Below are positions 11,700 through 25,267 of a DNA stretch of 64,000 nt, one piece after another (position 1 is the stretch's first letter; each line of letters opens with the position of its first letter). The position numbers and the translations under genes were made by a program. The stretch is from Octopus vulgaris (taxonomy: Eukaryota): positions 179,118,001 through 179,182,000 of the forward strand of contig OX597814.1 of the NCBI GenBank assembly GCA_951406725.2, written 5' to 3'. Below the pieces are notes generated by a model, which saw only the letters and a list, made by a program, of their open reading frames with translations, was not told the DNA's origin and made no database searches.

Positions 11700-11950
11700 C
11701 ATATGTATTTGTATGTATGTATGTATGTTTATGAATTGGTATTTCAAGAATTCTGATTTGAAATCGTGTGTTGAAACAGATATTGCTGTATTTCGGGATG
11801 TCATTTTTTTGCCAAATAAACACACGAACTGTATATTCGTTCTTCATTCGCTCATTACTGTTCTTATTCTAACTCGTCATACATCTGTAACCTCCTCAGT
11901 GACACTTGACGTCTTGTTGTGTGCTCTTGGCCTGCTTATTCCATTCCAAT
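11036..11950. mobile_element. Repeat family present as three alternately oriented segments with an eroded hammerhead-like motif (Penelope-like ends); duplicate at 14190-15090
   Basis: tgtatttcgggatggtcatct (11036) is inverted at 11442-11462; 11446-11490 is inverted at about 11757-11803. UGUCA-CUGAAGc-ggucac-agau-gugcgau-GAAA..ggaca at 11317-11361. A further fragment lies at about 46760-46803. Confidence 0.55.
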
Positions 11951-11954
11951 GGAA

Positions 11955-12022
<68 letters not shown>

Positions 12023-12131
12023 GTTTCTTTTTCAATTTATTCTTTTCTTTTATTTGTTCCAGTTATTTGACTGCGACGATGCTAGAGCACCACCTTTAGT
12101 GGAACAAATCGAGTTCGATTCCTAGCAGTGA

Positions 12132-12178
<47 letters not shown>

Positions 12179-12757
12179 TGTTATCATGTACATTGTTTTG
12201 TATATGTTATCATGTACATTGTTTTGTCTTGGTATAAAAGATGGGCTACAGCAAATATTCTGCTCAATACCACAGGTCAGTTGTTTGACCTTAACCAGTT
12301 GACCATGTCCCTTAGTGGCTGACGATATATGCATCTCTGATCCCGAGCAGAAGTAGTGGGGGAGCATCATAGCCATGTGTTGAGAGGGATTCTTTGGGGT
12401 TTGAATAATTCACCTCTGGAAAAAAAGTTTTTCGTTCAACATCCTTAAACAACCCTTATTCAGGGACCTTTTGAGCGGGATGGGTTACTCGACCAGAAGA
12501 AAATTCTAACTGGGCCCCACCTGCAAGGTCATGTGCTGTTTATCTTGATATGAGATCACCATGTCTCGCACATATGGTTGTGATGCATGTGCCTGGTGTA
12601 CCCTTATCAGACGGGTAGTCATGATGGGTATACTGGGCTTCGTATATTTTACCCCAGTGTCACTTTGATGGCACACAATGTTCTCTCACTCAATAATAAT
12701 AATAATAAGATCGAAAAATACATTAGGAATGAGAACCCAGGTTCGAAATATCCCCAA

Positions 12758-12803
12758 GACACCTGACGAAGGCTGAAGGGTATATCAGCAGAAACGTCGT
12801 GTT
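12758..12803 (+). ncRNA. Minimal type I hammerhead ribozyme (duplicate of 9601-9646)
   Basis: Same sequence, within the second unit of the tandem duplication. Confidence 0.75.
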
Positions 12804-13214
12804 AACAAGAAACGAGATGAGAACAAATATCTGTCAAATGTAAATAATGAAAATAATGTTAGACTTTTTCAGCCAAGTACTTATTCAATTGATCCGTTTT
12901 GCCGAACCGCCAGATTACGGGGACGTAAACACGCCAGCATCGGTTGTGAAGCAAGGTGGGAGGTCAAACACAGATACACACACAAACACAAACAACACAC
13001 ACTCACACACACACATACACTCACACACACACACATATATACATATATATATATACGACAGGCTTCTTTCAGTTTCCGTCAAGCAAATTCACTTACAATG
13101 CTTGGTCGGTCCGAGGCCACGGTAGAAGACATTTGCCTAAGGTAGCACGCAGTGGGACTGAACCCGGAAGTATGTAGTTGGTAAGCAAGCTACTTACCAC
13201 ACAGCCACTCTGCG

Positions 13215-13252
<38 letters not shown>

Positions 13253-13280
13253 CATACATACATACATATGTGGGGGTGCG

Positions 13281-13311
<31 letters not shown>

Positions 13312-14157
13312 GTGGGGGTGCGTGTGTGTGTGAGTGTAGCTAAATAGTTGACCTCCCTTGCAAGAAAGATTATAGATTACTAAGTTTTTCGAAGCATCTG
13401 TATCATGAGACGTGATGCTTAATTATTCAAGACGTTTAGCGTTTCTCTTGGAAATTTGTAGAATGTCTAGCCTTCCGTTAATAAAAGCAGCTTGCTAATC
13501 TTGTTCTTCGGTTCTTATTCGACAAGAATTAGAGCCATTGACGTCATTGCTATGTCCGTCTATTTCTCTACGACACATGAGTTAAAACCATCACTTAGCT
13601 GTTATTGCTATATTTCCTATCTTTGAACTTTCTTGCATAGATTACTTTATTCAACTAGATTCTGCATTTTGATCCTATGTATCATCAACGACCAATAAAT
13701 AAAATATATTTTTATGTAGTAAATATATGTCTTGAATATATCCTTTATATCTTTATGAACTATTGTAATAAAATACACACAGCCACATCAACACATTGTA
13801 CCGACTATATATTCGACTACACAGACACACACACACATATATATATACATATGTGTGTGTGTATGCACGTATGTATGTATGAATTTACATGATAATAAGC
13901 CATGGATTGAATTTATATATATCTTTAAGCAGTGCTAAGCCGGTTTCTACATCTAACATGTTTCTTATGATCAAAGTCCAAGGATGAGAACAGTAGAGTC
14001 TATAGTATCCATGGACACAGCTGGATACTACTGACTGTAGCGTTATCATCTGAGAAATACGGACTATGATCGTAAGAAATATGAGACTTGTGGAAACGCG
14101 CGTTTCTATGCATTAAAATATTTATAAATTCTGTCCATGAGTGATTATTATTATTAT

Positions 14158-14192
<35 letters not shown>

Positions 14193-14711
14193 ATTTCGGG
14201 ATGGTCATCTTTTGTTTGTTTTTTGCCGAAGTAATAAACACACGGACTATATAATCGTTCCTCACACGTTTAACACCGTTCTTATTTTAACTTATGTCCA
14301 TTCTTAGGAAATCTTTCATCAAACATCTTTGACCTCTTCCGCAACATTGTCCGTCCCCATGTGCGCGCACACACGCAAATACATACACAAACACATGCAT
14401 ATATAAGGACACAGATCATGAAATAACAGGATGTACTAAGCCGAGCAGGAGTACAGACGTGGACGGGACGTGTCACTGAAGCGGTCACAGATGTGCGATG
14501 AAATAATTCCGGACAATGAACATTGGCAAAAATAAGATCAGTAATAAACGAGCGATGAACAAATATATATTGCGTGTGTTTATTTATTTGGTAACAGATG
14601 ACCATCCCAAAATACAGCAATATTTGTTTCAACACACGGTTTGACACCCACACCAAAAATCAAGCTGCACAATTGCTATATATATATATATGTATACAGA
14701 TATACGTATAT

Positions 14712-14745
<34 letters not shown>

Positions 14746-14782
14746 ATGTATGTATATATACACATATACATATGCGTATATG

Positions 14783-14838
<56 letters not shown>

Positions 14839-15091
14839 CATATGTATTTGTATGTATGTATGTATGTTTATGAATTGGTATTTCAAGAATTCTGATTTGA
14901 AATCGTGTGTTGAAACAGATATTGCTGTATTTCGGGATGTCATTTTTTTGCCAAATAAACACACGAACTGTATATTCGTTCTTCATTCGCTCATTACTGT
15001 TCTTATTCTAACTCGTCATACATCTGTAACCTCCTCAGTGACACTTGACGTCTTGTTGTGTGCTCTTGGCCTGCTTATTCCATTCCAATGG

Positions 15092-15151
<60 letters not shown>

Positions 15152-15232
15152 GAGAGAGAGAGAGATAGTAATATATATTTATATATAGCAATACACACAC
15201 ACACACATAATAATATATTTTGATATAATCAC

Positions 15233-15270
15233 AACTGTCCGACGAACCGGAACGTGAAACTTAAGCAGTT
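15233..15270 (+). ncRNA. Degenerate type I hammerhead remnant
   Basis: AACUGu-CcGACGA-ac(cggaac)gu-GAAA-cuuaag-CAGUU. Stem I and palindromic stem III are present, but U4 is mutated and the UH site is missing. Confidence 0.45.
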
Positions 15271-15479
15271 CTTTGTGATATTTTTGAGAATATTTTGCTG
15301 TATCAATAATTAAGCCTATTACGCTACCTCCTGTATTCAAGTAGTATTTTCGCACACCTTGTTTAACATTTATGTTCCTATATATATATTCATACAGCGT
15401 GCGATAGGTAAACTTAGCCATATTACTTTTTTTTAAATTTAGAGTATGCATATTGTTTTTTTTTTAATTTTGTCAACTA

Positions 15480-15830
15480 CACAGTATAGTAGGGTCAGCT
15501 GGGAAACGTCTATGAGACAAACAGCACCATGATGCGATACAGTCAGCCCAAACTTTGGAATCGACACACTGTATTGCTTGGCATTCGCGCCAGAAGCTCT
15601 GATAGGAACATTTCAGAGTGTTTGGATGTCAATTTGAGGACAGTGCAATTTGAAGACATGTACCGAGAGTGGATAAAAATCAAACATCCAGTCAACATCT
15701 TGGCATTTGGTGTGATCACGAGCGATAGCGACGTTATGCCTACATTCGTCACCCATAGGGCCCCAGACTCAACACGCAGGCTGTCATCACGTGCCGGGTG
15801 CAGGTAGTGCTCCTCTGTCTCAGGAAGGTA
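15480..15830 (+). pseudogene. Internally deleted Tc1/mariner-superfamily (DD37D/maT-like) transposase remnant
   Basis: ORF 15529-15807: N-terminal HTH-like ISECLDVNLRTV joined to KHPVNILAFGVITSDSDVMPTF. Confidence 0.7.
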
Positions 15831-16299
15831 GCTAAATAGATAAATATATTGAGCCCCCAGCTATTTATTATACATCCACTTTTATATTACTCCTTGTGTA
15901 TAAGCTTTCCATTTTCCATGAATTCTTTCCAGAGTATAGAATCTGAACTTTTTCATTTAATTGTGTTTTATTCAAACTACCACATATTTTGCCGTTATTT
16001 TATGCATTTTACTTCAGAATACAGTCATGGTATTTTTGTCGCGATCAAATTGTTTCTTTATGTTAGCAGATTTGTATCTTACGCTTCTCAGTGAATAGAG
16101 CTTTTTTGCATAATAATTTTCCGATTTGCTCACTCCTAACGGCTATTTGTCAAGTGAGGGAAAGCTTTGCCAATAGCTTGGCAGTGCATATTGTTATTCT
16201 ATTTCCTATTTAGGTTTTAGTTTTTCTATCCTCTTCATTAGTGTATATTACCACGACGTCTGTTTTGTTTTTGCTCGTTTCTTTGAAGTCATAGTTTTA

Positions 16300-17100
16300 G
16301 TTCTGTTCTATATGTTTTTTTTATGTATTTTCCTTTATTGTTTACTTTACATTTTTGAAACCCTCCTTACATGTATCAAAATAGCTTTCTAGTTGTCGAA
16401 GATCCTTACTTTGCGGTATACGTGATAAAAAATATTCTTTCTGCATCACGGCCTCTGTAGCGAATTCTAAATGTAGTCATTTTTATTTTCCTGTCTGGTT
16501 TTCCTAATTCACTTTACATCCATTTTAGGATATTATAACTATAACTTATTACTAGAAGAGATTGGGTATTGATGCATATTATCTTCTTTTTGACATTTAG
16601 GTCTGTTTTAAGTATTAATCTAATGCGTCTGTAAAATTCCTTCCTGTAAAATTCCTTCCTGACCTTTTCATTTATGCGTGTGCTTCGAACTATGTTTCGT
16701 TCATTAATTCCTAAGTATTTAAGCGTGTGCTTAGTTTTAATTCTTTTATCTGTGTCTTTATCATTTACGATAATAGTCGGTTTTAATAATAAGTCTCTCA
16801 CCTATTTTTCTAAAGTAGCATTCCTTAAAATTTTTCAAGTTAATTCGTGCATTCTGTGTTCAGTTGTCAATTATGAATATTGAGCATACGATTTACCTAA
16901 GATTCATGTAGTCATACAATGTTTCTCTCTGAACTATTATATATATTTGATCTCTTAAGAAAAGGATGAAATCAAGTAGATGGAATTTGTCCTTTCGTAA
17001 ATCAATTTCAAACAGGATACAGCTTGTTTTTAAATTTCTACTATAGTTTCGGCCTGAAGTATTTGTTACGTATCGATAACATGTTTGCCATACTGAATTT
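16300..17100 (-). pseudogene. R4/Dong-like non-LTR retrotransposon RT remnant
   Basis: ORF 16514-16801: KYLGINE...KVRKEFYRRIRLILKTDLNVKKKIICINTQSLLVISYSYNILKW; same family signature as 43330-43700. Boundaries approximate. Confidence 0.75.
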
Positions 17101-18631
17101 TACTAGTACCACCTTACATATATTTATACTTAACAGAAAATACGAATGGGAATCACGGTCAGAAGTTTTCTAAAATAGTAACTCTATGAACAAGGTTCAG
17201 CTATAATAATCATAATGCCATCTTTAGAAACACAAGAGACTTTGCAACGTCCATGTCTTTCGTTTTCGAGAGAATACTATTAACTATGGAATTACCTATC
17301 ATATCCAATATTGTTCCAGTTAAAGATTTCGTTATTCTACATCATATCTCTGTAGTGATTATAGTCTACAGTTTGCTTAATCGTGGTTTCCCACTATTGT
17401 TATTGCCACTTCCGATTTACAACAAATATATTTGCTTGCATTTCGTGCGTGATTTCTTAAATATTTCAGCCAGAAGTTTTAGATTTTATCGCTCTTCTCT
17501 ATTTTACACTTGTTCATTTTACTTGACATCTACACTAAAGCATGTTCTGCACTTACTGCTTTGAACCTTTTCGTATATACCAATTCATCTCCAGTTCAAG
17601 TATTTTCTCAAAACTTGTCTACTTCTGTTGCTGTTGGCGCGGTATTGATTTATTTTGTTTTTAACGTTCTGGATGGAATGCAGTTTTATAATGTAGTCAA
17701 ACGTTTATCTGCGTTCAAAGAAATACTTTCGTATTTCAGAACATTGAAATTTTCGCCTGCATCTAGTATATGCGTGTATGCCTGCGTATGCTAGTGTCTG
17801 CGTGTGCGTGAATGTGTGTTTGTGCGTGTCTGTGTGTCTGTGTCTATATGTGTGTGTGTGTTTATGCATGTGCGTAGGAGTGCCTGTTTGCTTGTGTATG
17901 TATGTGTGTGGGATGCAGCGAATACATCTTCTTTTGAGCATTATTTGATTTCCAGAACTTTTCCCCTTTTGCTGTGTTGCGTTCTTGTACATTTTGTTGA
18001 ATATGATTTTGTTTTCTTTTAAATTTCAATATTTTAAAATTCTATAAGTTTCAGCGAATTTCTTCATGTATACCTTCTGGATGTGTGCATATTTCTTTTC
18101 AGATTGAATTTAGAAATGAGCAGTTCTAAAAGAATAACCGTTTTCGTTTGCAGTTATACCCGTTGATATATAGATTACGTCATTTATCGTCGGAATAACC
18201 ACCATCACAAGTTTTTCTGCGAACTCTAAGATAGTCAACTACCAACTTATTTATGAGTGTATTTTATCGTTTAGGTCAGGAATGCGCAACTTTTCTCGAG
18301 AAAGGAGCCATCATGAAGTGGGCCGCACTTCAAAGGAATTCATGATATATTTGTTATGTGCACCGTCAGAACGCCCGGCCACAATCTGTTTATCACTGGT
18401 TTAGGCTTATCATTTGGAGTATCAACCGTTTAACTATTCAAATTAGGGTGATCTTTTTTTTTAAGTAATATATTCATTGTTAGCCGTGAACAAGCTTACC
18501 ATCTAGGAACTTTCTAGACATTTTCATCGCGTACTTGCTCATCGCATTCTGGTGATGCGAAATTTGGTTCATGCAAGCAAACGTACCTTCATACACGCGT
18601 ATATATTTTTAAATATATGTGTACGTGTGTG

Positions 18632-18879
<248 letters not shown>

Positions 18880-19722
18880 GGGAGGGAGAGAAATGAAGTG
18901 AGACTGAAACAGAAAATTATTCGAAGACATAAGAGAGAGAAAATAATATAAAAGATTATCAGACAAAATCAACATAAAAATTTTGAGCACAAACATAAAA
19001 CCAATTCAGTTAAGAATATGAATGTAAAAACATAGTAAAAACATTTACTTCCTGCACCACAAAAGCAAAAGCATAAGAATAAAATACCACAAAAATATGA
19101 TCAAGACTTCCCAAGATGCAGTCAGATAAACACTACTTACAAACACACACATAACATAATAACAACACACATACGAAAAAAATAAATTCAAGATTACAAA
19201 ATGATCAAAATATACAAATCCTAAAAAAGGACAAATATCACATATACTAAATCAGGAAATAATAACAACAACAACAAAAAAAATCCCACCTCTCTATCAA
19301 CAACAAAAATCAGTCTGTTTATTGACAATTCGAAAAATTAATCTAGTTGTCTTAATAACAGATCCTTTAAGATTCAACAGAAATTGATCTGTGATAGATA
19401 TCTTGTGCTATCGAACAAAGTGGTTGTCCTATTTAATTCATTGTAAGGTAAGTTATTACTATAAATGTGGCTGGCTACATCTGATGTTATGTCAAAGACT
19501 GCTAACAAAAACATTTTAAGAATATTCACGTCAGGTACGTAGTGAGCTCAATTTCTGAGAGAGAAATCAATAAGAGATGTGACTAACATTTCTGTTTGTG
19601 GTAAAATAATTTGCAAATATACGCAAGGAAACGCATACTTCACTTAAACATGCCCAATACACGAAATACATATGAGTGTCTGTGTGTGCGTATATACATA
19701 TAAACATTTATTTATGTACATA

Positions 19723-19790
<68 letters not shown>

Positions 19791-19842
19791 TATATACATA
19801 TGTGTGTATGTATGAATATATATATACATGTGTGTGCATGAA

Positions 19843-19939
<97 letters not shown>

Positions 19940-20549
19940 ATAATATATGTATATACACACATGTATATATACACACGTATCTAAACATATTCAGGCGTAT
20001 GTAATATAGACAGATATACGTAGGTAAATATATGTGTGTGTGTGCATCTTTTGTGACTTGAATGTATATGGTGGTTGTTCTTACTCTCGTAAAAACGTCC
20101 CGGCAGTATCTGATTTCCATTTAATTATCTACACTTTTGCTGGGTAAAAAACTTCCACACTTATGTATTTCAAGAGATAGATGCAAATCCGTTTAAAATC
20201 GTTCAACGGTATTTCTTTTAACTATTCCGTGTAAGAAGTTAGAAATATAATTGCAAGTGTAGGTCAAAATTACTACTCACTCATTCTTTGGTCAATTATA
20301 TTCTACAGAAGTCTCTGTTTCTTATCGGATAATTTTCTTATGTTTATAAATATTTGACATCTAATAATATATGTCAAGTGCAATTAAAAACTTCCGTGCA
20401 GGTTTGAAACTAAAATGTCTGGAATTCTGAAATTGCCTCAGTTTTAAAACACGGTTTCAGATTAAATTACTCACAAGAACAAAACGGAAAATGCCGAAAG
20501 CGCTTAAATTAATTTTGATTCAATAATATTTTAAAATAATAAACAGACG

Positions 20550-20820
20550 AGGTTGGGTGGTAAGAAGCCAGCTTCAGAACTACGTGTTACCAGGATCAGT
20601 CCCACTGCGTGGTACATTGAGTAACTGGCTTCTTCTATATCCTCGGAACGGACAAAGCTTTGTGAGTGGATTTGGTAGATGGAAACCGTAAGAAACTCGT
20701 CATATGTATGTGTTATATATATGTGTATGTGTGTGTGTCCATGTGTGTGCTTTATTGTGGTTGAAAAACGAACTTCTTACCACGCCTGCCCCTATATTCG
20801 CACGGCTACGCCTGCGCCTA
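20550..20820. mobile_element. Decayed SINE family A pieces (plus copy about 20550-20720, inverted head about 20775-20820)
   Basis: tggtaagaagc...tcagtcccactgcgtgg...gtgagtggatttggtagatggaaac; ttcttaccacgcctgcccct. Confidence 0.65.
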
Positions 20821-20879
20821 TATATATATATATATATATATAAAAACATATATACATATATATATATACACACACACGC

Positions 20880-20910
<31 letters not shown>

Positions 20911-20969
20911 CATACATACATACATACATACATACATACATACATACATACATACATACATACATACAT

Positions 20970-21005
<36 letters not shown>

Positions 21006-21329
21006 AATCGATATAAACGCAGTGTGGAATGTTTCACCAAAAGCGAGAATGACAAATGTTACTAAATGTGACTAGAGTGTTAAAAAACATCTACATATTT
21101 AGCGTATATATTTTGATCCATGTGCCTTAACTGTAGTATGAGAGCGATTTAGCTCTTATTTCTAGTAATGTAAGTGTTTCGAAACATCCTAATCACATTT
21201 AGTTACATGTGTAGTTTTCCTTTTTGGTGAAACATTGCAAACTGCTGTCTATATTAATTTTATATATACACATTAGCGAATTGCTTAATCATCTAATAGT
21301 TTGGATGACGAGAACAAAAATACCTGTGG

Positions 21330-23005
21330 CGAAGCAAGTCCTTAAAGAACCTATTAGCTGCATTATTACATCTTAAAGAGAAGCAACATGAACAACTAGA
21401 GAAGTTGCAGAAGAAAATATTACAACAACGATAATAACAGTTGATTGAGTTACAGTCAAGGAAGTCCAAAATTTCAGTAAATTTGTTTAGGCCAGAGGGC
21501 GTGGAGAACTCGATTTCTAAATTTACGTTTAATGCGGAGGAGGGTATTATGTTTCCTGCTTACTACAGAAAGACGAGGAAAGTTTTAACAAAGATTGCAT
21601 GTCACAGTCGGATGAGGAGAAAGTGAGGTTATTACTACGCAAGGTAACTGCGCCCGAGTATGAATGCTAATGTAATTTTATATTGCCCAAAAAGTCGAGT
21701 GAGATCTGTTTGCAAGAAACTATTGAATTACTCTAAAAGATCATTTTTGACAAAAGCTCATTAACACTCAAATGGAATATTGGAACAAGACAACAAATGA
21801 CGATAGTGACTTTATTACATACGCCGCATTAGTCAACCGTGTGTGTGAAAACTTTATACTTCAGGGACTCACTGAGCATAAACTTAAACTCCTTGTCTTC
21901 GTGCAAGGCCTTACGCCAACCGAAGATAGAGAAATTCAGGCAAGCATTCTCTCCAAAATGAAGCAAGCGAACCAAGACTTAATCGTACAGACCATTGCAG
22001 AAAAATGTCAAACTATGGTAAACCTGAAGTACGACGTGGAAACAATTCAAGAGAAAATACCCATGTGTCGACCTGGAAAGTACAAACAAAACAGATGCGA
22101 GGCCCTAATCTATGTTACAGATGTAAAGGCCTACACTTCACAAAAGAGTGTCCGTTTAAAAACAGAAAATCAGAAAATACTATAGTTGTCAGAAACCTTC
22201 GTATCAAAAGCTCATACCTCAGGACAAGGTTACGAGGGTCGAATGCAAAATGTTCTAAGGTGTTTTCAGCAGAAGGTGAATACGACACAAAAACAAGAAT
22301 ATTCGTTCACGTAAAAATAAATGGTGTAAATATTAAACTACAGTTGGATACGGGTAGTGGTATTTCAATCACAAATGCGGATACATATAGGAAAATTGAG
22401 AATCTAGTGTTACGTAAAACAGCGAAATCTGCGTGTGGTGTGACGGGCGATATATTACATTTTATTGGCGAAATGTGTACAGACGTCACATTTCAAAGAG
22501 AAACACGCAAAGGAAAAATATTCATTGCGGAGAATACAGTCAATCTGTTTGGTACAACTTCGTTGGAGTTATTGACTTACGGCACCGCCCATAAGTCTTT
22601 ATTGCGAAAAATATGAATCTGAGGACTTGAATCTAAAATTGAAAAAGATGTTTCCTCAAGTACTATCGGAGGATTTAGGTATAGGTAAATGACTGAAACC
22701 TGCTTTCATGTATTTAAATCTAACAGTAGGTTACCGTTCGCAGCATTTGAAATCGTAAATGAAGAGTTTGACAGAAGGGAAAAGAGGAGAATCATCAAAA
22801 TGTGGATTACTGTAAGCGGGCGGAGTCCACGTTTTGCATTAAAAATAAAATAAGAAAAGTAGACTGTGTGCCGATTTCTCTACAGGATTGAACGACTGCT
22901 TAAAGACATATCATCATCCACTCTTGAATGCAGAGGATATTTTCGAAAAATTAAATGGCGGAAAAGTTTTCTCTAAATTGGGTCTGTCCGACGTATTTGC
23001 AAATA
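21330..23005 (+). pseudogene. Decayed Ty3/Gypsy LTR-retrotransposon gag-protease-RT
   Basis: Gag-like LLVFVQGL..IL; zinc knuckle CYRCKGLHFTKEC; aspartic protease LQLDTGSGISI...NLFG; RT start (RLCADFSTG)LNDCLKTYHHPL..EDIFEKLNGGKVFSKLGLSD. Many frameshifts; no LTRs recognised. Confidence 0.9.
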
Positions 23006-23199
23006 AATACACGTACGCACACACACACACACTCACATGTGTGTGTGGGGGGGGCGTGTGCATGTGTATGTGTGTGTATGCGTGTGTGTGGGGGTATGTC
23101 AAAAAACACAACTACATATATATACTGATGCATATAATTACATATAGACAGACAGACTGATAGGTAAGTAGATAGCTAGCTAGCTAGATAGCTAGATAC

Positions 23200-23298
<99 letters not shown>

Positions 23299-23651
23299 TA
23301 TTTGTGCGTAACGTCCGTGCTTCTACGGGCGGTGCGATCATAATGGAAACACTTGGAACAAAATTGTAACTCAAATATCAATAATATTTATATTAGATGT
23401 ATCTCTGAAATATCAAGAGTGTTCAAATGTTGACGTAATCATGTAAAGCTTTATGATAGTAATGCGCAAATTTTACAAGACTGGCTTTAATATTATTACG
23501 TTATTCTGCAGTCATATATAAATAAATAATTATCACAGAATATCAGAATGTGTTCGCTTATTTGTGTTTGGGTAAATGGACATACTTACATAAACATATG
23601 TATGTTTGTCTATGTATGTGTACAAGCATGTTTATCATATATATATATTTA

Positions 23652-23710
<59 letters not shown>

Positions 23711-23713
<3 letters not shown>

Positions 23714-24177
23714 GATAAATATCAAAGTGAGTTATATACAGTAGCGGTAACACATCGTGACGTATTTTTGCCATTTCAATATGGCTAACCCCTAAGGGTG
23801 GATGCTACTGTAGTTTTTAGCCCCAGGAGGTCACACTCCTCCAGCTGGCCATAGACACACTTTCTGTGTCCCTGTCAGTATTTGCAAAGGGAAGTCATCC
23901 TTCCCGTCTTCAACTTATGATACACACGGACTCAACAATGATAAATATCAAAGTGAGTTATATACAGTAGCGGTAACACATCGTGACGTATTTTTGCCAT
24001 TTCAATATGGCTAAGTTATCATAAGTTGAAGACGGGAAGGATGACTTCCCTTTGCAAATACTGACAGGACACAGAAAGTGTGTCTATGGCCAGCTGGAGG
24101 AGTGTGTCCTCCTGGGGCTAAAAACTACAGTAGCATCCACCCTTAGGGGTTAGCCATATTGAAATGGCAAAAATACG

Positions 24178-24181
<4 letters not shown>
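23711..24181. mobile_element. Young short element in partial-tandem plus inverted arrangement inside (TA)n (Penelope-like geometry)
   Basis: 23711-23788 is repeated at about 23937-24014; 24017-24181 is the near-perfect reverse complement of about 23757-23921. Confidence 0.8.
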
Positions 24182-24228
<47 letters not shown>

Positions 24229-24231
<3 letters not shown>

Positions 24232-24617
24232 CGTAGGAGTGGCTGTGTGGTAAGAAGCAGCTTGCTTAAGAACCGCATGGCTCTGGGTTCAGTCCCACTG
24301 CGTGGAAGTTTGGGCAAGTGTCTTCTGCTATAGCTTCGGGCCAACCAAAGCCTTGTGAGTGGATTTGGTAGACGGAAACTGAAAGAAGCTCGTCGTATAT
24401 ATGCATGTGTGTGTATATGCTTGTGTGTCTGTGTTTGTCCCCCCACCCAACAACCGATGCTGGTGTGTTTACGTCCCCGTAGCGGTCCGGCAAAAGAGAC
24501 CGACAGAATAAGTACTACGCTTACAAAGAATAAGTTCTAGGGTCGATTTGCTCGACTAAAAGCGGTGCTCAAGCATGGCCACAGTCAAATGAGTGAAACA
24601 AGTAAAAGAGTAAAAAG

Positions 24618-24620
<3 letters not shown>
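24229..24620 (+). mobile_element. SINE family A, near full length
   Basis: aggcgtaggagTGGCTGTGTGGtaagaagc...GGGTTCAGTCCcactgc (A/B-box-like), central tgggcaagtgtc, tail gtaaaagagtaaaaaga. Confidence 0.85.
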
Positions 24621-24690
<70 letters not shown>

Positions 24691-25058
24691 GTACGTATGT
24701 ACGTGTGCATTCGTATACGTATATATATGCATAAAAGTGTAGGCGATGTATTTCTAATATCATGCTGATTGTTTGTGACATTTTGCATATATCCATTTGA
24801 TGATTATGCGCTATAACGTACTCCTTGTTTACTTGAACGCACAGTGAATATTTGACTTTGAATTTGGTCTTGTGGATTCTCTTTATAAAATATCGATAAA
24901 TAATGAAGGCGTTCATAATGTGATGTACGCATTAACTTCATTAGATATTGTTTCACTAACTGACGTTATTTATGAAAATATTGTTCAGTTCAGGAAACGA
25001 ATCTATTTTCGAAATGCCCTGCATGTTTCATATTATCAATATATATATATATATATAT

Positions 25059-25143
<85 letters not shown>

Positions 25144-25229
25144 CATACATACATACATATATATATATACACATATACATATGTACATACATATACATAT
25201 ATTTATATACATATATATATTTATGTATG

Positions 25230-25233
<4 letters not shown>

Positions 25234-25267
<34 letters not shown>

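Larger units (their letters stand above)
8798..15147. repeat. Tandem segmental duplication, two ~3.15-kb near-identical units bounded by (TA)n tracts
   Basis: 8855-11958 matches 12021-15097. Differences are mainly microsatellite lengths plus a few substitutions (e.g. tgatcacgag vs tgatcccgag). The ORF track shows identical paired ORFs. Confidence 0.95.
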
